NCBI GenBank assembly: GCA_000708835.1
Contig: DF237190.1
Span: 1-64,000, forward strand
Length of the DNA stretch: 64,000 bases
Direction: 5' to 3'
Origin: Klebsormidium nitens
Lineage: Eukaryota > Plantae > Klebsormidiophyceae
In this document: positions 12,941 through 26,500 of the stretch, piece by piece
Position numbering within the stretch: position 1 is the first letter of the stretch
Layout of the letters: every line of letters begins with the position of its first letter
Program-made: the position numbers and the translations under genes
The notes under the pieces: generated by a model
What the model was told of the DNA's origin: nothing
The model's input: the letters and a program-made list of their open reading frames with translations, nothing else
Databases searched by the model: none

Positions 12941-14187
12941 GATTGATCGGCTGCTTGGATCCTTGGAATTAGCTCACAGCTGCGCCATGTGCTATGAAAT
13001 GAATTGAATCTGGAGCATGCATGACATGCCAACACTGTCGCCCGCGCAGCTTGGGCCTGCAGGCTGGGCGCCGGAGTCAGGCTCATGCAACGCGCGCGCG
13101 AGGGCGCGTCCTGTGACCGCCGTGCCCGGCCGCGCACCATGCTGTATCGGGTTGAACCTTTCTGAAACCCTGCAAGTGTGCACCCGGGAATTTCGACACG
13201 CGGCCGGGCCGGCGCGCGGCGCTGCGACGTTGTCATGCCCGGCAACGTTTCTAGTCAGTTGTAGTGCGCGCACTTGACCATCAACGCCCGGCCGTCATGG
13301 CGGCAGCGAGCTGCATGCGTTTTCCCCTGACAAACCCTGTTTCCATCAAGCGGCGAGCACTTCAGGGCTGCCCAAGCGGAGTCCGACCCAATGAACTCGC
13401 CTAACATAGTACGGTAGGATTATCTTGAGATACCGGAGGCTGTTGTCAGCTTTCCAAACGCTTCGCCTTGTATGGTGCAAGCCAGCTAGAATCTATTCGG
13501 GGACGCTTTTTGGAAAATTCTCCTATTCTTAAAATAGGAACAATAGTCCCACTTTACAATGCTGTGTCAAAGCTGCCAGGTATAAGCAGGCCAAGGGCCA
13601 TCGAGTATTTGTCAATCTTTGTCAATTGGCAAAGTTGAGAGCGCTGCTAGAAGACAATGTAAGTTCAAACCTGTGTGCCAAGCTGCTGTTTTGCACATTT
13701 CTCTTCCATTAACCTGCCCTAGTAAGCAGGCGTTTCTGGGCAGTTCATGGGCTCTTTTGCTGACACTATGGCATTTTTCAGGTGTGTTTTCGCGCAAGGA
13801 CGAGCTTATCTTTGTCTCGTGTGCTTGTAGAATGGCTTCCGGCGCCTCAGACGTCGCCCCCTGCAATGCGCTGCCCGCCGAGTCCCTAACAAAGGGTGTG
13901 AATCCTTCATGACCACTGACCTGACTGTAATGAACTAATATGAGTATTTGATCGCGCTTTTCAATTTGAGTAAGTAGTTGCATTTGCTGCTGTGAAGAAA
14001 GTCGCAGGTAACTCTCTGTGCCTTTCTCGAGGATTTAAAGATTGTAGTAGAGATTGCTCTAAAGTAGAGTCCAAAAAAGCTTGTATTTTCAGAGTATTGT
14101 TTGCTTTGCTTCTCATCACGTAGAGTCACCATCCGCTCTAAAGCGGTACACAGCGTTTTCAATCAGACGCAGATAAACGCGAGGGCA

Positions 14188-17100
14188 ATGTGCAAGAAAG
14201 TTGAGCTCTTTACATCAAAAAGCGACTCGATAGATACGGCCAATTGTATGTTCAGTTGCGGTCAGTCGTCCGTTCGGAAGATTGAGTCCCCCCGTCCGAT
14301 TCGCCGACTAAGCTCCGAGTGAGTTTTTGAACAAGACTTGATGAAAGCTACAGTATAACGCTGGTGGCGATCATCACCTGGCGTCTTCTCATTCGTGGCG
14401 ACGTTTGTCTGACACGTGGCATCCGACCACTGCATCAACCATTTTCTGTGCTGTTTTATATCAGGAAATTTGCAGCATTCTTTCAAGCAACCCTTCTCTT
14501 TTTACTTGGCAAACCGGTCTTTTTCCAACAAGAGCGGCAAGTCGCCCACAGTCTTAACAACATCTCTTTCTCAGGTTCGCGGAGTACGATGCCGCTTTCC
14601 AAGAGCAGCTCGAGCGGTTCGAACGTCTGATCAGTTCCGAGGAGCGATTTTCTCGCCCGTATCAGACGGGCATCAGAATGGGGCTCGACGATTTTCGGAG
14701 TTGGGCGGCAAAAAACCATGGGGATATGATGCTGTGGTTTGATGAGGGGGATGTTTCGATCCTGGGGCGCCGGGCCAGTCGGACGCACAGGATTGCTGAC
14801 GTGGCTGTCCACGTGCTGCAGAGCGGCATCCGAAACGGTGAGCGATCGATGTGGGTTCTTCCGTCGAATGTTTTGATTGCCCTCGAGTTCTGAAACAATG
14901 ATGTCGTAGAAACGTTCTGCCCGGTGCGAGGCGCCGCGATCTCTTTCACACCCCCAAAAGGAGGGCGCCCCTTCGGATTCCCCGATCCCTGCACATGAGG
15001 TCTCTAAGTTGTTGCACGAAAGTGGACGGTAAGTGCAGCCGCTTCCTCTTTGGTTAAACCAAGCAAAACAGTGGGTGAAATGGGGATAAGTCGTTTGGCG
15101 AGAGGATGAGGTTTCAAAGTAGAAGGTATTGGGTGCTCACAACATACTCGAGCTTGGAATCTGGAGTTTGCGCAAACGCGGCGTATTCACGTAAAAGCTC
15201 AAAGCGTGAGCCTCTCAGGATGCTAGTGGTGTCCAATAGGAGACCTACTTTGCTTTCAGAATAAGCTGGAGATCAGCAGGCTGGCAGTTTCTCGGATGTT
15301 TTACGTGTCGAGCGAAATTTATTGAAGCTTCGGATTTGAAAAGAGCTCTGCGTTTGCTTCTCTTAAAACTCACCTTCATATGAGCCCTCGCAATTGTCCT
15401 GAATTTAGCCGCAAATGGAGCCCGATAATCCAGTCACTGTTCTGCAAACCCCGCGTCACCCTTTGGAAATACAAATAGGAAGCATTCAAGCGCCAATTTG
15501 AGGTTCACAAATCTCTGGGTTCGGAAGAAGATTCGTTGAGACGATCGAGCTGTTCGACGACATGACCGCACGCTTGCGTGCCTAGGTTTGGCACGTTTGC
15601 AACCTCAGAAACGATCTCTCTTGCGATATCCATCTTTCGTTTACTACGGCTTCTGCGGAGCGGCCAACAACGCCCTCGGAGCATGTCCGTTTATTTGGCC
15701 ACTTCTTATCTTGCTCACCTTTACTTAAAGGGAATCTTATGAACCTCCAAATTGGCCAAGGAATGTTAAGGTCGATTCTTTGCCTTGTTTCCCGTTCCTC
15801 ATGCTTCCACAGGCGCAAACGAAACCCTCCGGAGCATGCCCATCCAGAAAAAATTTGGTCGCGTCTACAAAGCGCAATTTGATATCAAAAGAAGATCGGT
15901 ATTCTCGCACTTCATCCCAGCAATCAGAATCTATCTAAACCTCCATTCTAATGCGCATTCCCAGCGGCCAACGAAGTCCTCCGGAGCATGCCCGTCCACG
16001 GCATGTTCGGCCGCTTCCCTACCGAGACCGCGTTCTTCGAGACGTCCGCGGCCGCGTTTCGCGACGGCGGCGGGCCGGCCGCGAAGCGCGCGCCCAACAT
16101 CGCTTTGCATGACGGCTTTGAGCCGTGGGCGGATCGCTCCTGCATGACCTTCGTCGGGTCCCGGTGCGCTTCTTCGTTTCTATTGCCACTCCGTTTTACT
16201 GACCCGCCTTCCTTTCCAAGAACGTCTGACTAAATCTTGATGTGTGGAGTCTGGCCGATCAGCATTGCAAGTTTGTTTTCGCGTACTCTTCGAAGTCACT
16301 CGATGATTTGGACACAAGTCTTATTTGGACACAGGTCTTATTTGAATCTCTCAGGCGGAGCTTGGATCCCGCCTATTGCTCCACTCCTTCACAGTGGCTC
16401 GTCAGCCTTACCTGCCCCGGTTTAAGCCCCTCTAGAATCTGAATCAGGAAAGTCAGATCAAGAGAGCAGAATACTTCTGAGGACTGGCTTATTGTCACGA
16501 CTGTTCTCAACGACGTCGAAATATACCACAAAGCTCACCATGACTGACGCTTCATTCTCTTATACCCTCCTCGTGCGCGTCTGAAAGTCAGGTTGAGTAA
16601 AACCACACTGAGACACACGCTTGGACCAGGAAGAAGCACGGAAACAAAAGTCCGTAGAAGCCCACGCGCTCGCACTTGCATTCAGCCTTACCGTCCGACT
16701 AGCCCTACTCGTTCCCCGAACTTCGAGGTCTGTCTTTACTGGCTTCATTTATCTCAACCTGCCTGTATCTCGACCAATCTATACTTCTTCTCATCCGCAG
16801 ATTGCTCGCGGCAGTGCCCGGTTGCAGTCTATTCCTGGGGCTGCAGCCCTTCGCGCGCGCACTGGAAGCGGTGGTGATGTGGCAAGATCCGGAAGACTCG
16901 ACCGCGGCCGTTGTGACAGAGTGGGGCAATCTGGATTCCAGCCCGCGTATTCCGTTGTGGATCATTTTTGAGGGGGAGCGGAACATTCCGGCGCAAGTGA
17001 AGGTACGAATCCGCCGGCGCCGCCACCTGCATTGTGTTGGCGGAACAGAGATCAACCCGATGTTGTATACGTCAATCTTGCTGTTTGTGAGTACGGGCCG

Positions 17101-17627
17101 GCTTTAACCAGGAACGTCTTAGTCGGCGCCCTTGCATATTTCCGATTATCCCTGGGCCAAAAGCTACAGTTCTAACCGAATTGTTGTTAGCTCGATGTGG
17201 TTCCACTCAACCAATTCTCTTGTTTTCAGTATCTCAGTTGGATACTCAGAGCGCGCCTCAAGATGGCGAGATTTTGCCACCTTTCAGGGCTCGCACATGC
17301 ACGGGCGGACCGTTTTGTTGGACTTGGAGAAGCTGCACTCGTTCTTCTAACTACGGGGGTAAGAACCTGCCCTGTTTTCCAACGTCTCGAAACGGGCCCT
17401 GTTTGTTTCCCTATTCCGATCCTCCTCCTTTTGAATGTGCCGGGGTACGAAGCCTCGTTCTCCTTCCGTTTGGTGCACTCAGCCGGTCGACACAGCAGGA
17501 CTCCCCTTCCCGTTACGTTCTCACTTGCTCTCAGGTTATCAATTTTAATAGATTCTCGTTCCATAAAATCACGCTGGATAGCTCTGAGTTCGTAGAGACA
17601 GGCGCTCACCATCTGACTGTCCGCTAA
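14188..17627 (+). CDS. Multi-exon gene of unknown function (5' end uncertain)
   Basis: Phase-consistent exons ?-14318, 14575-14837, 15965-16163, 16801-17002, 17230-17358, 17535-17627 give an open reading (FAEYDAAFQEQLERFERLI...WAAKNHGDMMLWFDEGD...VMWQDPEDSTAAVVTEWGN...). No family recognised. The start at ATG 14188 is a guess. Confidence 0.65.
15650..16010 (+). repeat. Degenerate tandem triplication (152-nt period) of a 3' splice site plus exon start
   Basis: ag|cggccaac..cggagcatg at 15661, ag|gcgcaaac..ccggagcatgccc at 15813, and the real exon ag|cggccaac..ccggagcatgccc at 15965. Confidence 0.8.
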
Positions 17628-19090
17628 CGGCCGTGCGGACGGGGTATAAGGTATCTCTGTCACGCGTTTGAAAGGACGACGACTCGGTCTGCTGGACCGT
17701 GCTGTGGCTGCACCTCTTCGTCACCATTTGCAGAAACTTCGATTCTTGACTAAGCGAGCGCTCGCCGTTGATACATTATACTGGTCACATCGTTACCTGC
17801 AGGCTTGTCACGAAATTCGCAGTTGTATCAATCCGATGCTTGAACGGAACCTTGAAACGGAGGACGGGTACACCGTTATTACTGTTGGGAAATTGAAAAT
17901 GGCTTATCAGACGGTCCGGAAGGAATGCACGCAATGGCTGGCCGCAAGCGACGTAGATTCTAGCTTTTGCTTTACAGTAGCTTAATACTCAATTGATCGA
18001 CGCACGCACGCTCGCGCCACAAGCTCTACAGTCAGTCACCTTGATTGCAAAGTACAGACTTGTTTTGGGTCTTTGAAATTCTTTGATAAATTGCAATAAG
18101 CTGAGACCGGACTGGGCCGCTAGGGGTTTCAACTGCCGCGTACTGGTTCGTATTTGCATGAGCAACTATCTGGGAGGATCCGCGAACCAACCTTCCCTGA
18201 GATAAGATTGTAGACTCTGTAACAGCAGGCCACATGAAGAACCAGCAATCGTGCTCTGGAATTACTATGTCGGTATACGTGTATGACGCAAAGAACCGTG
18301 CTTAATTGCTACTCCGTGCAACGAAAATCGCGGGACTTCATCCGATTACACGACAAGTGCTGAAGTGCATGTTACAAGAAGATCACTGACCGGAGTCGGA
18401 CAAGTAGAGCTGCATGCAGGTCTGGTCACATAATCGTTGTAGCCTTGACTGTTGTACCTAGTTTACCGCGTACTGTGGATTGAAAGGGATGAGATGTGTT
18501 CGACTTGCCCCGCGGCCCTGTATTGAACGGTTTGTTCAGCCACGCTGGCTTAATCAATAGCATCATTACGAACATTCAATTTCATATCTGGCCACCTACT
18601 TGTACGTCACCAACGCAACCGCCCAACCTGATGTGGTCAACTGGTGACCGTCAATTTTATTCACCGTGACGGTCGGACTAATTTGCAGTTTGATTTGTAT
18701 TGGGACATGCGAATCCATGTGCTGCGGGGCCAGACGGTATGTTTGGCCACCTGCTTGAGTCAGTACGGTTGGTAGCTACCAGGCTGGTACGATACACATT
18801 TACCAAACTCAAAAACTACGAACTTAACAAGCACTGGTATGCCCGGGACAATTGAAACAAACTAGTTGATGCAATAACTCATTTGTCTTGTTGAAATCTA
18901 TATTCGCATCCTCAATCTACATACACTAATTCTGATATGTTCGATAACTGTGCTCACACATTCATCGCGCATAACCTGCCCGCTCGAGCAACAGCTACTT
19001 GGCCTCCTCATCACACGCACATCACTTCTTCGACAGTCTTCACTAGGTTAGTCACACTCATGTCACATATCAGGCCCATAAGCATAGTCC

Positions 19091-22000
19091 CTACGCGCCA
19101 TGACTGGCAGAAAAGCATTGCCCGCTCCGCTTCAAAGCGAGAGCAATGCACTGGATCGTGCGCGGCGTCGTTCTGCAACAACCCCCGATGATCCTTGCCC
19201 CCGCATCTTTCCACACGGGCACCATCGAAACAAAGTCGTCGTCGGTGGCACCGGTGGACAGGACCCACTCCTTGCGTTCCGCGTCCCAGGACTCGCCAAG
19301 GTTCGGATACACAACGATCGGTTTTGAAGTTACCTGCAAAGGGCGGGTCAATATGATGTTAGCAGGCCGAGAGAAATGAAGGAACAGTCCAGCGTGGATG
19401 CATGGAATAGCCAGAGTCCAAATCACGTCCTAAAGCCCATTTTGACATTTGCCCAGGTGACGTTCTTGCGAAAGCAGCGGTAAAGTGTGATGGTACACAA
19501 TTGCGACCGGACATTTTCTAGTCGATCAAAGACGTCAATTCACCCGCCTCTTATTGCGAACCATCCCCGCGGCTTCATCCGAAGAGCTCCCCAATCCTTG
19601 CAAACTGAAGTTCGCGGTATTTCAATCTGTGAATGTTGTTCTGCGCCATTTTTGTCCCCAGCGAAAAGGACCCACGCAATCCAACCCCTTGTCAGCTGCT
19701 ACCCGCTCACCTTTCGGGCCTCCGTCACCAGACCTTGGATGAATCGAGCTTTCAGAATTTGTTAAAATTGTTCTGCGTAATTTGATTTCAGCGAAAGGAC
19801 CCGCCAATCAACTGTTTGCAAGCGGCTGGCCGCTCACCTTTCGGGCCTCCGTCACCAGACCTTGGATGAATGGAACTTTCAGGATGTGTTAAAGTTGTTC
19901 TGCGGCATTCTGATTTCAACGAAAGGACCCGCCCAATCAACTCTTTGCAAGCGGCTACCCGCTCACCTTTCGGGCCTCCGTCACCAGACCTTGGATGAAC
20001 CGCGGCCAGGTGCAGTTGATCCCCACAGCCGCCACACGCTTGCAGCTCTCCAGCGCGCGGACGCAATCTGCGAGCGTCTCTCCGTGTGACACGTGGCGCT
20101 CGTCTTTGCAGCTGAAGCAGACCCACGCCGGGACGCAGTCCTCGTCACTATCCTCGTCCAGCAGCCGCGCGATCGCCTGCGGTGCGCGGAATGACGTGTC
20201 GCTCACGTCAGCTGATCAGGCCGCTTGGGAGACCGGATGAAACTGCGCAGCAGGCCGCTTGTTTCGAAAACCAAGGAGTTTGGTACTCGACCGTGTATGG
20301 ACGTCAGGTGCTGACGTCAGCAGGCGGGGGTCCAACGAGGGTTGGATTCGAGAAACAGCCTAGTCTTGAGCGTAGCTCGGTGTTAAACCTCGCACCAAAT
20401 AGAAGAAACTTCCCAAAAGGCTGCCGCTGTACTATCGGAATTTGCCCTCACCTCCGCTTCCTGCAGCCTGGGCACTGTCTCGAACGCCAGCACGTCCGCT
20501 CCCGAGCGCGACATCACCCGCAACCGGCGCCTGTGAAACTCCATCATATCTTCCGTGCTGACACCACCATAATCTCCCGAATACTCCGCTCCATTTGACA
20601 GGGACGCCCCATAGCAGCCGAGCGACGCGGCCACCAGCCGTTTCTTTTGACGAAGAGCAGGAGAACCACTGCTTTGAGATTCTTTGTTGGCCTGGTCTCG
20701 CGCCTGAGGAGGACAAAGGGGTGGTATTAGAATAACTTGGCTAAAATTGTTCGACAGCCAGGTGTGGGGCCAACCACTGAACTTCGAATGGTGCACAGCT
20801 ACCAGTTTGACGGCTGTACAAGAATACCTTTCTGAGACCGAAGTGTAAAACAACTAATCAACAAAAGGCAACCCTTTCGCTACCCCATTTTTAGCATTGG
20901 GGTTCTGGTCCTTCTTATTCCGCCACAGATATGTGTGACATGCATTGCCTGAAGTAAAGTCTGTCGTGAGTTCCTAACCCCAAGAGAAAGCTCAATTCCA
21001 CATCCATATGAGGAAGGAAGCGGATTATGAACGAGGACTCCTGGAAACGACAGAAGCAGTACATATGTACATAAATCCAGTTTATGGTTATGTGTCGCAA
21101 GTGATTACAGAAGTGAAGGATCTCGTCATACTGCGGAATTGCTTCAAGGGATACGCCAGCCTTTCAGGCTTTCTCCATGCAAGGTTGCTAAGGCTCAGAC
21201 TCAGGGATGTAGCTGGAGGTCACTCAGGTCTCAACGTTACTTGGCCGTTGCCGAACAAACGCACCGCTCGATCAATGAAAGGTGGGATACATAGATCAAT
21301 CACTTCAACAGTAAAACAGTACAAAGTCTTCAGAAGATGACTGGGCCCTTTAATTTCTTAAGACAAGCACCGCATCTTGCACAACTGAGCTTGAAGAAGC
21401 AGGTTCATTGAACCTGGTGCCATGAACCTGGACAGAAGAAGGATGTGCAAAGAAAAGGGGGGGTAACTCGAAAATCTAGGGCTCACTTCGCATGCCAGCT
21501 TGACGCTCAGGCGCATGAGCTCCTCTGCCTGCTTCTCTCCTAGGCCCTTCTTCTGGAAGCCTTCGAAAGTTGCCTGAAGAGACACAATGTTTTCATCAAG
21601 AAGCGGTACTTCAGAGGCCACGATGTCTCAGTGTCTTGGTGTCTCATTGCCATTCCATAACGCTGTGCTTTCTGAGCCAGGAAAACGATAAGACGGGAAT
21701 TTATGTGAGTGACCATGCAGCAGGGAAAATGAAAAGAAGAAAGTTGATCTCAATATGACTCTCAGCAACAGTATGGGCAACAAGCATGAATTACAAGGGT
21801 TGTGTGTAGAAGAAAGATCATGGAGGCTGGGCAGCTGAATCCCGCATGTGCCAATTGCCACTAGACACCCTACAATTAAGACATTTGAACTGCTTCTAAT
21901 TCAAGGTGGTAGTTATAATGAGTTCCAGAGCAAAACCAAGGAACTTCTGAAGTCTGGAGCATTGAATTGCGCAATTCCAATTTCGAATAATACACTTAAA

Positions 22001-22547
22001 TACCATCATGAAGCATTGGCGTGCCCTATGGAGGTGATTATGAATTTTATCCCAATTGTGGTCCCAACCTCCCTCTGTGTTTCAACTGATGCAATCTGAG
22101 GCCAAGTCTTCCCCAAAGACTTTTCAACTGAATTTTTGGATAGAGGCGTATCACTCTTTTGATCCAAGTCATGGGTGGCCAATGGTTCCTCAAAGTTGAC
22201 ATGCAGTGCCAATTCTCCTGATCCAAGCTATCATGGCTCCAAGACAGGCTGCTGTGAGAGAAACACAATTCCAGGGAACAATTCTGAGCACTTTTTTCAA
22301 GAAAAGTCAAGCATGTCCTTACTTGGTATGAGCAGCTCGTCACGATATCCGCCCCAGCCCGAAAGTAGTCCAAGTGGACTTGTCGGATCAATCCAGGATT
22401 CTCTATCAGGCACTTCGCGCTCCACAATGCATCAGTCAAGTCAGCACCCCTGCTTTCAAGCTCACTAGCGAGTCCCCCGTCAAGGACGGCAACTCCATCT
22501 TCTTCGGATATGAGCCTGTCAAGCACTGTTGCCTTACCAGCCCCCAT
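19091..22547 (-). CDS. HMT: Homocysteine S-methyltransferase, 5 exons, about 338 aa
   Basis: Exons 22323-22547, 21487-21573, 20452-20703, 19967-20176, 19091-19333 (1017 nt). Motifs [43 protein letters not shown] and [10 protein letters not shown] (Zn-binding Cys). Confidence 0.95.
19665..20000 (-). repeat. Three tandem units of about 128 nt, each carrying the last 33 nt of HMT exon 4 plus the 5' splice site
   Basis: gctcacctttcgggcctccgtcaccagaccttggatgaa occurs identically at 19705, 19832 and 19961. The last is the true exon end. Confidence 0.9.
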
Positions 22548-23522
22548 AGCGCAAGGAAGCTGCTGCAATTGCTGGACGAAATGCGAGAAAACGTTGTGCA
22601 ATTCACATGCCTATTCTGCCAATTATGCATGCCGGTTCATGCACTCCGGTCACGGTTCACCCTGGGTTCAACCAACTAGGTGTACCTCCGCGGGGGGGTG
22701 GTCTGGAGAACTAGAGACGGGAGTAAATGTGTTCAGACAAAGTGGGCAACGACCTGCTTACGACACGTGGAAAAGCTGCATGGACTTTCTGACGTGGCTT
22801 GCCTGCGTCGCACGCGCGCACGGAATTCTTCAAGCGCATGCTTCCATGAGGCCCGGCATGGATTGCGTGGTGATTTGCTTATTTACCGGAGTCGCTTTTC
22901 GGGCCAGGGCCCAGGGTTGGTTGCATGGAGATGCCACATGCCCAACCAATGCTACGGTTCAAAGCCCACCGCAACTTGGCAATGGTTATTTTTCCATGAG
23001 ATGATCACCCGTACGGTACTACCTATCAATATTGGAATGTCACAATCCGCTTGCTAGTACGGTACCCTCGGCGGCCGTCATGGTTTTCATGGTTTCTTTC
23101 AGTGTCTTGGATAAATCGGTGCGATTGTAATGCCCATGCAACCGAGGAGATAGCATTGCAATGGCTCTGATGATCGTTTGCGGGCCATGATGATTGGAAG
23201 AGATGCTCGTAAACTCTGTCGGAACATTTGAATTATTAGTTGATCTCAATGTACATTGCAACTACCCCCAAACAATCCGCTCATCTTCTCATCGAAAGGG
23301 TCGAAGGCAACCTGCTTCAGTAACGACCCCTCTCAATATGCTGCTCGGGTTGACATACGCAATATGTCTCGACTCCATCTCTTAGCTAGGCGTCTCTTTA
23401 CAACAATCAAATCACAACAGACCTTCTGAAGCAAATGTCTCCATTCACCTGACGCGCGCTCCTTTCGAGATGTTCACGACTTTTCTCATCCTTGCCAAAT
23501 GTGAATGCGTCAAATTGTTTCG

Positions 23523-26500
23523 TTAGGTCCCCATACACGAGAACATCTTCGCCAAGCGCTTCCCTTTCGACCGCCTGGTCTTCGCACCTGCATCTACTTC
23601 GCTAAGCAACACGGCTGCCGCATCTACCTTCTCTGCCTTCTCCATCCTATCCGTCTCTACCCGCGCGCAAAAATCCTCATCTTTTTCTAAGCTCTCACTT
23701 TCCGACCGGTTAGTACTCCCGGAGTCTGACCCGCCGTCCGACTCTAAATCGCTCTCACCGTTTCCGTTTCCCGCATTCTCTGCCCCAGAGTCCGCTGGAG
23801 CCCCTGGGACATCGTCGCAGGGGGGTTTTTGTTCCGTTTCCGCTCCATTTCCGTTCCCGACCCCGGGGGATCCCCCTAGGGCAACCTCCGTGAGCTCGGG
23901 AATGTCTGCCAGGGCAGCCTCCCGGTCGTCTCGATGGAGCAAAAAGAAGCCCTGCAACTTGGCCGGGGAAACAGTGCTCTCGGGAACCCGGTCGGCAAAG
24001 GCCTGCAGATGCGAAGTACGATCAAAAGCGGTCACGGATAATGGCAAGGTTTTTGGTAAGTAAGATATTGACTGAGGCGCAGAGACGTAGGTTCAATCAG
24101 TCTTCATATAACCATGTCTGGGCAGTCAGCGGGTTACAAACGTGTCGACGCATGGAAGAAACACGAAATCCGGACAAGGAGGGTGGCGCTTATGCATCCT
24201 CGAGAATTGCCAAAGCGCAATTCTTTGTCTGCGATCTTCCAAAAATCACCCTCAACACTTCCAGACAGCTGGCATTTAAAAGGAGCCCAACTCGGGCGCT
24301 TCTCGTACCTCCCACTGATGATCAGCGTGGGCCCGACTACTCTCTTCCCACGGACTCCACAATATAAAAGACGAAGAAACAATAACGGAAAGGACTGAAG
24401 GAAGGAGAAAGTAAAGTCCCTGCACGCTGACGTCATCCACGGGGCGTCCGGGTAGAAGCGGCGGTGCAAAATCGCAACTTCCTCTACTCTCGCGGACTCC
24501 AGAAGTAGAGAAGACGAAGCGATTAACACGGGGAGGATGAAGGGAAGACCAACTTAAACAAGCAACGTAAGCGGTGCTTTTGCTGACTCACGTTGACGTC
24601 ATCTTCCGGGGCGTCCGGGTAGAATCGGCGGTACATGGTGGTAACTTGTGCCCGGGAGGCGAGCCCCAGGCGCAGGTGTACGTCGCACCGCCCGGGGCGC
24701 GTCAAAGCGGGGTCCAGCTTGTCCAGATGATTGGTCGTCATGATCAGAATGCGACCCTCCTGCGAAATCAAGTTAAGCAATTGGGTTAGGCATCGGATAT
24801 GGACTTGTACAGGATTCTGGAAGAGGGCAAGAAGGAAAGAGAGCGACACTTTCCAAATGTTCAGCTAGTCCGGGTGACTGGACGTCATTATCAGATTGCA
24901 ACTTTCCTAGAAAAACAGGTTACATTGACGAGTTGGTTTTCAGGAATCCACTGATTTTCGGACTCACGAGCTGGGAGTGGTGCGAAGACAGCGACAAGCT
25001 AGGAAAGGGGTGTGGGTTTTGAATGAGTCCGGCTTGCGTCCATAACCCCCCTCAGGCAGACGCGGGAGTGTACTGACGTTGCGTGGGACCAACAATTTCA
25101 GCCGCTTCTTTAAGGGGGCGTCCTAGGACCCGTCACGCCTCGGCGACCAACTAGCCCGTATGCCCGTCATTTGGTCGCTAAATCTGGTACCACGTGACCA
25201 AATTTTTGGCGACACAAGATGTGGAGTTGCTGCGAAGGGACCGCCGGAGTACCACGTGGGTAGACGCCCTCTTTAAAGGAACCTTCCTTAAAAGCTGCCA
25301 CAGGAATTGCGAGCAAAAGACGTGTTCGAGAGCTCCCTGCAGAATCGCGTTTCGAAATCTGCGAATAGGATTGTACAAACTCTCATTCGCCTTCTCTGAA
25401 TCCTTACGAAAGCAAGCATTGCACGGCAGCAGAACTGGGCGAGTGGGTGCGCGCGCGCTGACCTGCGCGCAGACGCCGTCGATGCAGTTGAGGAGGCCGG
25501 AGAAGGAGAGGGTGTTGGGGCTCTTGCCGTCGCGCTGCGCGAACGCGGCGTCGATGTCCTCCAGGACCAGAATGGACCGCGCATCGCACCTGGGGGGAGA
25601 GAAGAAACGAGGAATGCGTCAACAAATGGGGGGGGGTCCGAGGAAGCGACAAATGAGTCAACAAATGTGAAGCGTTGTAAAAACGGGAGCGAGTAGCAGA
25701 ATCCAGGTCGGTGTGTTTGTGTCAGCAATTTTGAAGGAGGAGGAGACCTGCCCGCTCTGACGGTGGGCAATTCATTTTGGAAGGAGTCCAAGTCAGAATC
25801 TTAAGTTTGCGAGACATCTCAGAGCAATGGAAAATAAGTGAAGGGAAGGAACGAAGATCATAATGGTCCGATGCATTGAGCTTTGAAAGGGTGGGGATAT
25901 GATCTATCTGACGTTACAGGAGGTTGCGACGGCACGGTCGAGCTTTGGTGAAAGTTCAGGACCTATATCGCAACACAGGAGGAAGTAAATTTCCAGGGCA
26001 TTTCGTGGACCAAGTGCAGCCTTCGTATGGCGCACCTGACACACCTGCAACAACATTCTCGACCAGAAAGACAGAAACAAACTATAAAGATCTTAAACAT
26101 CAGATTAGGAAGACCATGGAGACGGAAAGAATAGATAGAGCTTAGAAGAACAAGAGCCAAAAACGGGACGCAACTGAATGAGTAAAGCATACCTGCTGAA
26201 GGCGTTGTGCAGCATCTCGTCGGTCATGTCCTTGGAGGACAAACCCACCAGGTTAACGTCCAGGTTAAGCTCCCCGGCCAGGGCCAGGATGCTGCTCGAC
26301 TTGCCGCAGCCAGGGGGGCCGTGCAGCAAATACCTGCGGGTTTGCGAAATCAAGGTTAAACTAACCAGAGTATGGCAAGCATGGCTCGCAGATAGACGAC
26401 GGATTAGTGGCGTCGAACAGGAGAAAGCAGACAACGAGTGCACAAACTTCGGCATCGCAGAGATAACACAGTTTCTGACGCCCGTAATCAACCCGAAAGC

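Noticed and set aside
19665-20000. Identical repeats separated by variable spacers, superficially CRISPR-like
   Set aside because: Eukaryotic intron, no cas genes, the spacers are homologous to each other, and the repeat is an HMT exon end.
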